DNA of 64,000 nt from Chloroflexota bacterium (GCA_005882635.1 VBFG01000041.1:18529-82528); one strand, 5' to 3'. Counted from the first letter of the stretch, positions 54,667-64,000 are shown. Notes: generated from the letters alone by a model not told the origin. Numbers and translations are program-made.

Positions 54667-55859
54667 GCCCGCGGCGCCGGCCGCTGGCGGTCGCCGCCGT
54701 CGCCGGAACGGCCCTGGCGGTCGGCGGCCAGATCGCCCGGCGGGCGATCGGGGAGGCGCTCTCGGCCCGGACGGAGCGGCGGCTGAACGTCGTGGCGGAT
54801 CCCGGCCCGTATGTCCTGCCGCCGGCTGTCGCCGACCTCCACGAGCGGCTGACCGTGGTCGATCTCCACGGGGACTCGTTGCTGTGGGGCCGGGACCTCC
54901 TGCGGCGGGCCGATCGCGGCCACGTCGACGTGCCGCGCCTCGTCGAGGGCGGCGTGGCCCTCCAGGTCTTCGCGGTCGCGACCAAGGTCCCGCGTCACCT
55001 CAACATCGAGGAGAACGACGACCGGTCGGACGACATCACGTTCGTGTCGGTCGTCCAGGGTTGGCCGCCGGCCACGTGGCGGAGCCGCCTGCCGCGGGCC
55101 GAGTACCAGGCGAGCCGGCTCCGGTCGATGGCGGCGGCGTCCGGCGGCCAGCTGAGCGTGATCCGGTCGGCGGCGGACCTCGCCGCGTTCCTCGGGCGTC
55201 GCGCGGGCGATCCGACGCTCGTCGCCGGTCTGCTCGCGATCGAGGGAGCCAGTGCGCTCGACGACGACCTGGCGAACGTCGAGCGGCTCGCGGCGGCGGG
55301 CTACCGGATGATGGGCATCGCCCACTTCTTCGACACGCCGTTCGCGGGGAGCGCCCACGGCGTCGCCAAGGGCGGGCTCACCGGTCGCGGCCGCGACCTC
55401 GTCGCGGAGCTCGAGCGACGGCGGATGATCGTCGACCTCGCCCACGCCTCCGCGGCGACGATCGACGACGCCCTCGCGGTCGCGACTCGGCCGCTCGTCG
55501 TCTCCCACACCGGCGTCCGGCCCGTGGCCGACAACATGCGGAACCTGTCCGACGACCAGCTTCGCGGCGTCGCCGCGACCGGCGGCCTCGTCGGGATCGG
55601 CTTCTGGCCGACCGCCTCCGGCGGGACCGATGCCTCGTGGATCGCCCGGTCCATCGCCCACGCCGTGTCGGTCATCGGCGCCGACCACGTCGCCCTCGGC
55701 TCCGACTTCGACGGTGCCGTGCCGGTCCCGTTCGACGCCTCCGGCATGGGTCTCCTGACCGGTGCCCTGCGGGCCGACGGCGTTGACGAGTCGGCGATCG
55801 AACGGATCATGGGCGGCAACGCGATCGACCTCCTCGCGAGAAGCCTGCCCAACGACTGA
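54663..55859 (+). CDS. membrane dipeptidase (peptidase M19 family) with N-terminal signal/anchor
   Basis: GTGA overlap with ABC gene; ...TVVDLHGDSLLW..., ...LVVSHTGVRPV..., ...ALGSDFDG... M19 motifs; the ORF-track start 53907 is alternate frame. Confidence 0.78.
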   Translation: MSPRRRPLAVAAVAGTALAVGGQIARRAIGEALSARTERRLNVVADPGPYVLPPAVADLHERLTVVDLHGDSLLWGRDLLRRADRGHVDVPRLVEGGVALQVFAVATKVPRHLNIEENDDRSDDITFVSVVQGWPPATWRSRLPRAEYQASRLRSMAAASGGQLSVIRSAADLAAFLGRRAGDPTLVAGLLAIEGASALDDDLANVERLAAAGYRMMGIAHFFDTPFAGSAHGVAKGGLTGRGRDLVAELERRRMIVDLAHASAATIDDALAVATRPLVVSHTGVRPVADNMRNLSDDQLRGVAATGGLVGIGFWPTASGGTDASWIARSIAHAVSVIGADHVALGSDFDGAVPVPFDASGMGLLTGALRADGVDESAIERIMGGNAIDLLARSLPND

Positions 55860-55860
55860 G

Positions 55861-56310
55861 GTGCGCAGGGTGGCCGGACACATTCCGTGGCGGACCGTCG
55901 ACCTGACGCTCCAGGCCAGCCGTTCGATCTGGATCGCGACGACCCGGCCCGATGGGCGACCCCACGCCATGCCGCTCTGGTTCTGGTGGGATGGCCGGGA
56001 CGTCTCCTTCATCACTCAGCGCTCGACGCAGAAGGCCCGGAACCTCGCTGGCGAGCCGTGGGTCGTGGTCCACGCCGGCGACGGCGACGACGTGATCATC
56101 CTCGAGGGTCGGGCCGAGATCGTCGTCGACGAGGACGAGCTGGCCAGGATCGATGCCGGCTACCGGGACAAGTACGTCGACCCGGGTTCCGGGGAGCAGG
56201 CGACGATCTTCAACGAGGGCGACGACTGCTACCGCGTCCGGGTCGAGCACGTGATGGCGTGGTCGTACGGGACCATCGGGACTCGCACGGACTGGCGGTT
56301 CGGCCGCTGA
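55861..56310 (+). CDS. pyridoxamine 5'-phosphate oxidase-like FMN/F420-binding split-barrel protein
   Basis: ...RSIWIATTRPDGRPHAMPLWFWWDGRDVSFITQRSTQKARNL...PWVVVH... PNPOx-fold pattern; GTG 55861 just after dipeptidase stop. Confidence 0.65.
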   Translation: MRRVAGHIPWRTVDLTLQASRSIWIATTRPDGRPHAMPLWFWWDGRDVSFITQRSTQKARNLAGEPWVVVHAGDGDDVIILEGRAEIVVDEDELARIDAGYRDKYVDPGSGEQATIFNEGDDCYRVRVEHVMAWSYGTIGTRTDWRFGR

Positions 56311-56427
56311 CGGCTCTTCGGCGCCGGCCGAACGTCTGCTAGCATCGATCGCCCGTCAGGGTCCGCTCACGGTCCGACGGCCATCCTGCGTCCGTCCCTG
56401 CCACGGCCGGCGCCCACAGGAGTCCTC

Positions 56428-57846
56428 GTGACCGAAACCCCGACGATGACCGAATCAGAAGACGCCGTGCCCGCCGTCGCCAACCTCGACACGATCGTGT
56501 CGCTGTCGAAGCGGCGCGGCTTCGTCTACCCGTCGAGCGAGATCTACGGCGGGATCAATGCGGTCTGGGACTACGGGCCGCTCGGCGTCGAACTGAAGAA
56601 CAACGTCAAGCGGGCCTGGTGGCGGGCCATGGTCCAGGAGCGCGAGGACATCGTCGGGCTCGACGCCGGCATCCTGATGCACCCCCAGGTCTGGGTGACG
56701 TCGGGCCACGTCGGCAGCTTCAGCGACCCGCTCGTCGAGTGCGCCACCTGCCACCGTCGCTACCGACTCGACGAGCTGCCGGGCGCCGAGGGCCTGTCCG
56801 CGTCCGACCTGCGCGACCCGACGGTCGTCGAACGCCTCGGGTTGATCTGCCCGAACGACGGCGGCCCGTTGTCGGCGCCCCGCCGGTTCAACCTGATGTT
56901 CACGTCGCACATGGGCCCGGTCGAGGACGCGGCGTCGATCGTCTACTTCCGGCCCGAGACCGCCCAGGGCAGCTACGTCAACTTCAAGAACGTCCAGCAG
57001 AGCTCGCGCAAGAAGATCCCGTTCGGGATCGCCCAGATCGGGAAGTCATTCCGGAACGAGATCAGCCCGGGCAACTTCGTCTTCCGGATGCGCGAGTTCG
57101 AGCAAATGGAGATGCAGTACTTCGTCCGGCCCGGGGAGCCCGCGTCGGCCGCCTTCGAGGAGTGGCTGCCCAAGCGGCGCGCCTGGTACGAGCGATACGG
57201 CGTCGCGCCGGCGCGTCTCCGGTTCCGGGAGCATGCCAAGGACGAGCTCGCCCATTACGCCAAGAAGGCGATCGACGTCGAGTACCGCTTCCCGTTCGGC
57301 TGGAAGGAGCTGGAGGGCATCCACAACCGCGGCGACTTCGACCTCGGGTCGCATGCGAAGGCCTCTGGCGAGAACCTCGAGTACTTCGACCAGGCGACCG
57401 GCGAGCACTTCATCCCGTGGGTCGTCGAGACGGCTGCCGGTGCCGACCGCGCGGCGTTCACGTTCCTGATCGACGCCTATCGCGAGGAAGAGGTCCGCGG
57501 CGAGACGCGCGTCGTGCTCGGGTTCCATCCCGAGCTCGCGCCGTACAAGGTGGCGGTGCTGCCGCTGCTCAAGAAGCGGCCGGAGATCGTGGAGCTGTGC
57601 CACCGTCTCCGGGCCGACCTGGCGACCGACGTTCTCGCGGTCTACGACGACACGGCCGCGATCGGCAAGCTCTATCGCCGCCAGGACGAGATCGGGACGC
57701 CGTGGTGCGTGACCGTCGACGTCGACTCGCTCGACGACGGCGCGGTCACGGTCCGCGACCGTGATTCGATGGCCCAGGAGCGGGTGCCGGTCGAGGGCGT
57801 CAAGCGGCTGATCCTGGACCGGCTCGCCGCGGCCCGCGCCGCGTAG
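56428..57846 (+). CDS. glyQS: glycine--tRNA ligase (dimeric class II type)
   Basis: 472 aa; ...[34 protein letters not shown]... and class II motifs; AGGAG RBS before GTG. Confidence 0.92.
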   Translation: MTETPTMTESEDAVPAVANLDTIVSLSKRRGFVYPSSEIYGGINAVWDYGPLGVELKNNVKRAWWRAMVQEREDIVGLDAGILMHPQVWVTSGHVGSFSDPLVECATCHRRYRLDELPGAEGLSASDLRDPTVVERLGLICPNDGGPLSAPRRFNLMFTSHMGPVEDAASIVYFRPETAQGSYVNFKNVQQSSRKKIPFGIAQIGKSFRNEISPGNFVFRMREFEQMEMQYFVRPGEPASAAFEEWLPKRRAWYERYGVAPARLRFREHAKDELAHYAKKAIDVEYRFPFGWKELEGIHNRGDFDLGSHAKASGENLEYFDQATGEHFIPWVVETAAGADRAAFTFLIDAYREEEVRGETRVVLGFHPELAPYKVAVLPLLKKRPEIVELCHRLRADLATDVLAVYDDTAAIGKLYRRQDEIGTPWCVTVDVDSLDDGAVTVRDRDSMAQERVPVEGVKRLILDRLAAARAA

Positions 57847-57866
57847 GAGAGGACGAGAGGCGGGCG

Positions 57867-59027
57867 ATGCCGACGGAGACGTTCGACGCGATCGTCATCG
57901 GCCTCGGCGCCCACGGCAGCGCGGCCGCGGCCGCGCTCGCCCGGCGGGAGCTGCGGGTCCTCGGCCTGGACCGGTTCGCCCGCGGCCAGACGATGGGCTC
58001 GTCGGGCGGTCACTCGCGGATGATCCGGCTGGCCTACTTCGAGGATCCGGCGTACGTGCCGCTCGTGCGGGAGTCGTGGTCGGCGTGGCGGGGCCTCGAG
58101 GACGAGACGGGCCTGCCGATCCTCACCCAGACCGGCGGGATCTATGCCGGACCGGCGGGGAGCGAGATCGTCGACGGCTCGGTTCGGTCGGCCCGCGCCC
58201 ACGGGATCCGCCACGAGGTCGTCGACGGGCGGGAGCTCGCCCGACGCTGGCCGGTCTTCGCCCCGGTGGACGACCTCGTCGCCGTCGTCGACGAGGAGGC
58301 CGGCATGATCGACGCCGATGCGGCCATCGCCGCCCATCTCGTCGTCGCCGAGCGAGCCGGCTCGGTCCTGCGGTTCGGTGCACGCGCCGTGGACTGGCGG
58401 CCGGCGGCCGGTGGCGGCTTCGAGGTCGAGACCGATGACGGGTCCGTCGCGGGATCGAGCTACCTGGTGATCGCCGCCGGGCCGTGGATGTCGTCCTTCG
58501 TGCCCGATCTCGGGCTGCCGTTGGCGATCGAGCGGGAGCCCGTCGCCTGGTTCGAGCCGGTCGTCGATCCGTCGAGCGTCGCGCTCGGCCGGCTCCCGGT
58601 GTGGGTGATGGGCACGCCGGAAGACGGCTTCTTCTACGGCTTCCCGTTCGACGCCGAGCACGGGCTCAAGGTGTCGCACCACCACTGGGGCGTGCTCACG
58701 GATGCCGAGACGATCGACCGCGAGTTCCGGCCGGCCGACGAGGCGCGGATCCGGGCGTTCATCCGGCGGCGGATGCCGGGCGCCGACGGGTCGCTCCGGA
58801 CGTCGACGGTCTGCATGTACACGAACACGCCCGACCTCCGCTTCGTCATTGATCGCCACCCGGCCGCCGCTGGCGTCGCCTACGCCTCGGCCTGCTCCGG
58901 GCACGGCTTCAAGTTCGCGCCGGTCGTCGGCGAGGTTCTCGCCGACCTCGTCGTCGGCGGCTCGACCGCGCGATCGATCGACGCCTTCCGGGCCGATCGT
59001 TTCCGGCAGGAGCCGGTCGCGGGCTGA
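57867..59027 (+). CDS. FAD-dependent oxidase of the monomeric sarcosine oxidase / N-methyltryptophan oxidase family
   Basis: FAD motif DAIVIGLGAHGSAAA; covalent-FAD cysteine context ...STVCMYTNTPD...; ...ASACSGHGFKFAPVVGE... Confidence 0.8.
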   Translation: MPTETFDAIVIGLGAHGSAAAAALARRELRVLGLDRFARGQTMGSSGGHSRMIRLAYFEDPAYVPLVRESWSAWRGLEDETGLPILTQTGGIYAGPAGSEIVDGSVRSARAHGIRHEVVDGRELARRWPVFAPVDDLVAVVDEEAGMIDADAAIAAHLVVAERAGSVLRFGARAVDWRPAAGGGFEVETDDGSVAGSSYLVIAAGPWMSSFVPDLGLPLAIEREPVAWFEPVVDPSSVALGRLPVWVMGTPEDGFFYGFPFDAEHGLKVSHHHWGVLTDAETIDREFRPADEARIRAFIRRRMPGADGSLRTSTVCMYTNTPDLRFVIDRHPAAAGVAYASACSGHGFKFAPVVGEVLADLVVGGSTARSIDAFRADRFRQEPVAG

Positions 59028-59078
59028 GCCCGCCGGGCCGCCGGCCCGCAGGGGGCCGCCCGCCCGCCGCGGGCCGCC

Positions 59079-60329
59079 TCAGACGAGCGGCGCGATCAGT
59101 GCTGCCGCGCGCGCCGCCCCGTTGCTCTCGACCGGCTTCCAGTCGACGGGCCGACCGAGCTCCTCGGCGATCGCGGCGGCGATCACGTCCGGCGGCGAGG
59201 CGTCGTAGTCCATGCGTCGCCCGGCGCCGTAGCGCTCGAGCCGGTGGCGGACGTGGCGGTTCTGCTCGAAGTGGTTGCGGAGCGGGAAATACAGGAACGG
59301 GCGGCGAGCGGCCGCGAGCTCCATCGTCGTCGTCAGGCCGCCCTGGACGACGGCAAGATCGCACGCGGCGAGATGGCGGTAGAGGTCGGGGACGAAGGCG
59401 CGCACCTCGACCTCGGGTGGCGCGTCCAGGACGGCAGGATCGATCCGCGGCCCGGCGATCGCGATCATCCGCAGGCCGTTGACGCGTCGGGCGGCCTCGG
59501 GATAGCTGGCGATCACCCGTCGGAGGAGCGCCTCCCCGACACCGGAGCCGCCGACGCTGACGATCACGACCTGCTCGTCCGGCCGGAAGCCGAGCTCCCG
59601 ACGGAGCTCCTCGCGACGCTCCATGAGCGGCGTCGGGTCGAATCCGGTGATGTAGCCGCTGAACGCGTAGTGCAGCTCGGTCCAGTCGCGGATCGCGGGC
59701 AGGCCCGGCCCGAAGTCGTCGGGGACGATGTCGTCCGGCTCCCCGACGAAGATCGCCCGGTCGCGGATCCGCGGGAAGCGCTCGACGTGCTCGATCATCT
59801 CGGCGTTGTAGTCGGCCGTGAGGAACGCCTCGCGCTCGCCGCCGGCGGGCATCGGCAGCCATCCGACGAAGTCGGTCATCCAGGCGAAGGCGGTCCGCTT
59901 CAGCTCCGGGTTCTCGTGCAGGTAGTAGTCGACGTCCCACGCCTCGTCGCCGATGACGAGGTCGTACTCGCCGTCCTCGACGACGTCGTGGAAGACCATG
60001 AAGTTGTTGAGGAGGATCTCGTCCATCCGGCGGATCGCCTGGAACGCGTTCAAGTCGTGCTCGGAGGACTCGGCGGTGATGTGCGCCGACTCGCTGGCCA
60101 GCTCCGCGCTCATCGGGTGGACCCGCTCGCCGTGGGCGTCGAGGACGGCGGTGACCGGGTGCTGGGCGAGCCAGTCGATCTCAAGGTCGGGGTGGAGCTT
60201 CCGCAGCTCCGCGGCGATCGAGACGTCCCGCTGGGCGTGCCCGAGGCCGATCGGCGACGAGATGTAGAGGGCGCGTCGGCGGCGAGCCAATGAGCGCGTC
60301 CACGTTCGGGTGGTCGACGGTCCGTCCAT
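59079..60329 (-). CDS. GT-B family 1 glycosyltransferase (MGT/UGT-like)
   Basis: ATG at 60329 (MDGPSTTRTW...); N-terminal ...SPIGLGHAQR...; C-terminal ...VVQGGLTTTMELAAARRPFLYFPLRNHFEQNRHV... UDP-sugar-binding region; the upstream part of the ORF-track ORF is read-through. Confidence 0.7.
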   Translation of the reverse strand: MDGPSTTRTWTRSLARRRRALYISSPIGLGHAQRDVSIAAELRKLHPDLEIDWLAQHPVTAVLDAHGERVHPMSAELASESAHITAESSEHDLNAFQAIRRMDEILLNNFMVFHDVVEDGEYDLVIGDEAWDVDYYLHENPELKRTAFAWMTDFVGWLPMPAGGEREAFLTADYNAEMIEHVERFPRIRDRAIFVGEPDDIVPDDFGPGLPAIRDWTELHYAFSGYITGFDPTPLMERREELRRELGFRPDEQVVIVSVGGSGVGEALLRRVIASYPEAARRVNGLRMIAIAGPRIDPAVLDAPPEVEVRAFVPDLYRHLAACDLAVVQGGLTTTMELAAARRPFLYFPLRNHFEQNRHVRHRLERYGAGRRMDYDASPPDVIAAAIAEELGRPVDWKPVESNGAARAAALIAPLV

Positions 60330-61189
60330 CAGCTTGGGTCCCTTGCAAGTGACCGCACGAAATCGCGGATGAGCAGGTTCGCGAGCACGGGGTGGCGGCC
60401 CGGGATCATGTGGTCGGCGCCCTCCACCTCGACGAGGGGAGCGCCGGTCAGCTCGGACAGCCGCCGCGCCCGGGCGATCGGCTGGCAGCTGTCCTCCGTG
60501 CCGTGAACGATCAGCATCGGGCAACGAACGGCCGAGCAGATCGCTTCGACGCCTTCGCGGTCAAGCGGGAAGTCGACACGGGCGTCGGCGATCATGGAGT
60601 CGACGGATCCCCCGACGGACCAATCGACGGCGTCGTCGATCGCCTTCGTCGAGTGTGGCTCCGAGGTGATCTCCTCGAAGAAGAACCTGGCAAAGTCCGG
60701 ATAGTCGTGCCGCCAGAACGGCGCGTTGTACCTGGCCCATCCTTCATGAGTCGGCGCGTCATCCTCGAATGCCGCCGTCGCAGTCACGTAGTGGGGGTGC
60801 GGCGGGGTGAGCCGCGGGACGCCGACGGCGAACGCCACGATGCCGAGGACGCGGTCGGGCTGCTCGACCGCGTAGCGGATCGCACGCCAGACGCCGTCGG
60901 AGCAGAGGCCGACGAGGACGGCCCGGTCGGTTCGGGTGTCGTCCATGACGGCCGCCAGATCGCCAACGAAGCGGTCGTCGGCGAACGCCTCCGGTTCCGT
61001 CGGTCGATCCGACCGACCGTTTCCTCGACCGTCGTACGTGACGACACGGTGTCGACGACTGAAGTACGGAACCTGGCCCTTCCATTGGCGCGAATGGACG
61101 ATCGGCGCCGAGGGCAGGAACACGATCGGCGGATCCCCGGTTCCGAAGACCTCGTAGGCGATCCGCACGCCGTCCGGCCCCGTGGCCAT
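60329..61189 (-). CDS. alpha/beta hydrolase, paralog 1 (286 aa)
   Basis: ATG at 61189 (MATGPDGVRIAYEVFGTGDPPIVFLPS...); stop overlaps GT start (TGATG); clearly alignable with the upstream paralog. Confidence 0.7.
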   Translation of the reverse strand: MATGPDGVRIAYEVFGTGDPPIVFLPSAPIVHSRQWKGQVPYFSRRHRVVTYDGRGNGRSDRPTEPEAFADDRFVGDLAAVMDDTRTDRAVLVGLCSDGVWRAIRYAVEQPDRVLGIVAFAVGVPRLTPPHPHYVTATAAFEDDAPTHEGWARYNAPFWRHDYPDFARFFFEEITSEPHSTKAIDDAVDWSVGGSVDSMIADARVDFPLDREGVEAICSAVRCPMLIVHGTEDSCQPIARARRLSELTGAPLVEVEGADHMIPGRHPVLANLLIRDFVRSLARDPS

Positions 61190-61251
61190 CCCGTCCGCGT
61201 CCGGCAGCCGGGCGCGTCCATTGTCCGACGATCGAGCCGGCCCGGCGCCGA

Positions 61252-62196
61252 TCACGATGAACGCCCGAGTCGCTCGAGTCGCTCGAGTCGCCCGACGAAG
61301 TCGCGAATCGCCAGGTTGACCTTGACCGGGTCGCGCGCGTTCGGGATGTGGCCGCCGCCCTCGATCGTGACGAGCCGACCGCGCGTGGCTCGGGCGAGCG
61401 CCTCGCCGCGGGCATGTGGCGTGATCCGGTCGTCGCCGCCGTGGATCACGAGGACGGGACAGGTGACGCGGGCACAGCGCGCGAGGATGGCGTCGCGGTC
61501 GCCGATGCCCGGCGCCAGCTCGGTCAGGATCAGCGTCTCGGGATCCGTCTCCAGGCCCCACCCGACCGCGTCCTCGATGGGCTTCGTCGAATGGGCCTCG
61601 GAGAAGCACTGGCTGAAGAAGAACTCGAGGAAGCCACGGTAGTCGCGGCGCCAGGAATGGGCGTTGTACTTCGCCCAGCCCTCGTCCGAGACGGGAGGCT
61701 CCAGGAACTCGTTGACCGCCTCGCGGTCCGGGGCGCGTGGCTGGAGGGCAAGCGACGGCCCGATGAACACCATGCCGGCCACGCGATCCGCATGGTCGGA
61801 GGCGAGGAGGAGGCCCCGCTGGGCGCCCATCGACAGGGTGATGACGACGGCCCGCTCGGTCGACGTCGCATCCATGACCGCCAGCGCGTCCGCGGCGAAC
61901 TCGGCCTCGGCGTACGCCTCGGCCGTCGGCGGGCGAGCCGATCGGCCGTTCCCACGCCCATCGAAGGCGATGACCCGATGGCGTCGGGCGAGATCGGGGA
62001 TCTGCTGCTTCCACAGTCGCGAGTGGATGATCGACCAGGTCGGCATGAGCAGGATCGTCGGAGAGCCATCGCCGTAGCGCTCCCACGCGACGCGGACGCC
62101 GTCGCGCTCGATCACCCCGGTCTCGTCCGGGTAGCGGGCGCGGGTCTGCTCGGGGCGGTCGGCCGGTTCGGACCGGACGCTCCCGTCCGCACGCAT
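61252..62196 (-). CDS. alpha/beta hydrolase, paralog 2 (314 aa)
   Basis: ATG at 62196 (MRADGSVRSEPADRPEQ...); ...ILLMPTWSIIHSRLWKQQIPDLARRHRVIAFDGRGNGRSARP..., nucleophile elbow TLSMGA; 9-bp triple repeat encodes the LERLERLGR C-terminus. Confidence 0.7.
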   Translation of the reverse strand: MRADGSVRSEPADRPEQTRARYPDETGVIERDGVRVAWERYGDGSPTILLMPTWSIIHSRLWKQQIPDLARRHRVIAFDGRGNGRSARPPTAEAYAEAEFAADALAVMDATSTERAVVITLSMGAQRGLLLASDHADRVAGMVFIGPSLALQPRAPDREAVNEFLEPPVSDEGWAKYNAHSWRRDYRGFLEFFFSQCFSEAHSTKPIEDAVGWGLETDPETLILTELAPGIGDRDAILARCARVTCPVLVIHGGDDRITPHARGEALARATRGRLVTIEGGGHIPNARDPVKVNLAIRDFVGRLERLERLGRSS

Positions 62197-62207
62197 CGCG
62201 GTGGCGC

Positions 62208-62846
62208 TCACGCCCGGCTCTCTTCCATCGCCCGGATGATCGTCCCGACCTTGCGCAGGGCGGACCGGGCCGGAACCTGATCCTCGGAGAACCCCAGCAG
62301 GATCATCGTCTCCACGCCGTAGAACGGCAGGCCCATCAGCGTTGCCGCCTCCTCCGGCGTGAACGGTCCGAGGCCTCCGAGCCGGTGCGCCTCGCGATCG
62401 GCGACCTCGGCCAGGAGGTCGAGCCAGCCGCCGACGTACTCGCGAACCCGTCGCGCGACATCCTCGTCGGACCAGCCTGCCGCGATCATCTCCATCAAGA
62501 CCCGGACGTAGCCCGATTCGACGTCCTCGTCGAGGAAGTCGCACGCCCGCTCCCATTGCTGCCAGAGCGGCTCGGGGCCGCCGTACATCGTCCGCTGCCG
62601 TTCGAGCAGCCGAGCGTTCTCGTCCTCGAGGAGCGCCAGGATGAGCTGCTGCCTGCTGCCGAAGTGGTAGTGGATCTGGCTGAGCGGGACGTCGGCCGCC
62701 TCCGCCACCGCGCGGGTCGAGAGGTTGGCGTAGCCGTCCGCGAGGAGGCGGGCTCGGGCCGCCGCCAGGATGGACGCGCGGGTGTCGGCCGTCGCGCGCT
62801 CCCGGCGCTCGGCCCGGCTGATCGGTGCGGTCGCGGTCCCGTCCAC
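62208..62846 (-). CDS. TetR-family transcriptional regulator
   Basis: HTH ...ANLSTRAVAEAADVPLSQIHYHFGSRQQL...; start GTG 62846 inferred (no in-frame ATG upstream of HTH). Confidence 0.75.
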   Translation of the reverse strand: MDGTATAPISRAERRERATADTRASILAAARARLLADGYANLSTRAVAEAADVPLSQIHYHFGSRQQLILALLEDENARLLERQRTMYGGPEPLWQQWERACDFLDEDVESGYVRVLMEMIAAGWSDEDVARRVREYVGGWLDLLAEVADREAHRLGGLGPFTPEEAATLMGLPFYGVETMILLGFSEDQVPARSALRKVGTIIRAMEESRA

Positions 62847-62872
62847 GAAGCGACGAGCATACGACCCTGGCC

Positions 62873-63634
62873 TCACGCGGCGACCGCGTAGACGGCAGCC
62901 AGGACGAGGACGAAGCCGAGCGGATGGGTGAGGCGCCGTCCCCACGGCAGGTTCTTCTCGATCGCCGTGAGCGCGCCCATGGCCAGCATCGCCGCGACGT
63001 TGGCAAGACCGACGCCGAACATCACGAGCATCAGCGACCAGCAGCAGCCGACGCAGAACGCCCCGTGGGCGATCCCCATCGCGAACGCCTCGCGGCCTGG
63101 CGAGACGCCGCGCCACCGGTTCATGACGAAGCCGAGCGGGCTGCGGCACTCGTCGAGGCAGCGGTCGCGGAGCGGGCTGAACTGCCACAGCCCGGCCGCG
63201 AGCAACGTCGTGCCCATGATCAGCTGGGGATGCGCCGCGAGCCACGGCAGCGCAGCGACTGCCGCATGGACGCCCCGATCGAGAAGCCACGCGGTCAGCC
63301 CGAACCCGGCCCAAACGGCGAGATAGCCGGCGAGGAGAAGGGTCACGAGGGCCCCGGGCCGGCGACGCCGCCGGACGAGCGCGCCGAAGGTCATCACGAG
63401 CGGGACGCTGCTCGGCAGCATCATCGCGACGATCATCAGGACCCAGCCGCCGGCGAACAGCGTCGCCTCGAGGGGGAGGGGTCCGATGCCGCCTTCGTGA
63501 TGGAGGTAGCGCCCGTACGGCGACGACCCCCACAGCCAGAGGGCGAGCCAGGCCGCGGCCGCGAGCGCGACCAGGAGACCCCCGAGGATCGCCTGGTCGC
63601 GGCGGGCGACGCGGAGATGAGCCGGACTGAACAT
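62873..63634 (-). CDS. integral membrane protein (DUF2182-like, predicted metal-binding)
   Basis: 253 aa, 6-7 hydrophobic helices, Cys cluster ...CLDECRS... and ...AFCVGCCWS...; first gene of the minus-strand cluster. Confidence 0.55.
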   Translation of the reverse strand: MFSPAHLRVARRDQAILGGLLVALAAAAWLALWLWGSSPYGRYLHHEGGIGPLPLEATLFAGGWVLMIVAMMLPSSVPLVMTFGALVRRRRRPGALVTLLLAGYLAVWAGFGLTAWLLDRGVHAAVAALPWLAAHPQLIMGTTLLAAGLWQFSPLRDRCLDECRSPLGFVMNRWRGVSPGREAFAMGIAHGAFCVGCCWSLMLVMFGVGLANVAAMLAMGALTAIEKNLPWGRRLTHPLGFVLVLAAVYAVAA

Positions 63635-63662
63635 GCGTGCGCCTCCGTCCTCGCCCGGCCGG

Positions 63663-64000
63663 TCAGGCGGCGAAGCGGAAATGGCCCTGGAGCGCGTTGT
63701 GATCCTGGAGGTCCACGCTCGGGATGCCGTGGCCGCTGCCGTCGCGGACGTAGGTGCTGGCCTTGGCGGCGTACACGGGCGAGCCAGGGATCGTGCTGAA
63801 CACGGTCTCGGCCAGGGTGGTCGGATTGCCGGTCGCGCCGATGAACGGCGCCATCTCGGCCTCGACCAGCTTGCCGATCGTCAGCCGGCCCTTGCCGCCC
63901 TCGACGCTGAACACGATCGGCGCCCGCTCGACAGCGACGACTTCGCCGATCAGGCCGGCGAGATCGGCGACGGCGCCGCCGAGCTGCCCGGTGAACAACC
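63663..64000 (-). CDS. hypothetical protein, C-terminal fragment (gene continues beyond window)
   Basis: Open frame from stop at 63663 to window edge; no recognisable motif. Confidence 0.4.
   Translation of the reverse strand, partial: LFTGQLGGAVADLAGLIGEVVAVERAPIVFSVEGGKGRLTIGKLVEAEMAPFIGATGNPTTLAETVFSTIPGSPVYAAKASTYVRDGSGHGIPSVDLQDHNALQGHFRFAA

Noticed and set aside
56311-56427. Possible T-box or attenuator leader upstream of glyQS
   Set aside because: Leader is only about 117 nt and lacks specifier-loop/T-box consensus (AATTAGGGTGGNACCGCG-like) features.
61264-61295. 9-bp unit (gagtcgctc) repeated three times
   Set aside because: In-frame coding repeat (LERLERLGR) at the hydrolase C-terminus; too short for CRISPR or a regulatory repeat.
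60329-62086. 585-aa minus-strand ORF
   Set aside because: Only the C-terminal 286 aa (from ATG 61189) form a credible alpha/beta hydrolase; the N-terminal 300 aa are Arg/Pro-rich read-through over the upstream paralog in another frame.

Overview
This 64 kb window is about 70% GC. It holds a Gram-positive/actinobacterial-type core housekeeping region, with nearly everything in the first 50 kb on the + strand. In order:

- **RNA polymerase and ribosomal operons:** the 3' end of rpoB, a long rpoC, then the str (rpsL-rpsG-fusA-tuf), S10, spc and alpha operons. These run contiguously from rpsJ to rplQ and include secY, adk, map, infA, a small rpmJ gene (TTG start) missed by the ORF track, and zinc-type rpsN. 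They are followed by truA and rplM-rpsI.
- **Mixed genes downstream:** a divergent lipoprotein gene; a stand-alone argF translationally coupled to a TPR protein; a Firmicutes-style cdaA-cdaR-glmM-glmS c-di-AMP/amino-sugar operon; and acpS, an Nnr-type dehydratase, alr and a macro-domain protein.
- **Three uncharacterised coupled ORFs**, inserted before tsaE-tsaB-rimI-tsaD.
- **More housekeeping:** rsmA(ksgA)-ispE, a RidA gene with a 27-bp tandem duplication, glmU, and a CorC/TlyC-type transporter.
- **Convergent pair on the - strand:** a polyprenyl synthase gene followed by a VOC gene.
- **Further + strand genes:** recO, an ABC exporter translationally coupled to an M19 dipeptidase, a PNPOx-like protein, glyQS and an MSOX/MTOX-like oxidase.
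- **Minus-strand accessory cluster:** DUF2182-like membrane protein, TetR, two tandem paralogous alpha/beta hydrolases and a GT1 glycosyltransferase.

No rRNA, tRNA, CRISPR array or mobile element is visible. Many long Arg/Pro/Gly-rich ORFs in the six-frame track, on the opposite strand or in alternate frames, are high-GC artefacts.

The points most worth follow-up:

- a Cys4 zinc-ribbon C-terminus on L24;
- an acidic NPFL-repeat tail and a large insertion in beta';
- a perfect 14-bp palindrome overlapping an apparently leaderless argF start;
- a truA gene with no in-frame start codon;
- the uncharacterised three-gene insert at the alr/tsaE junction;
- the TetR-GT1-hydrolase cluster.
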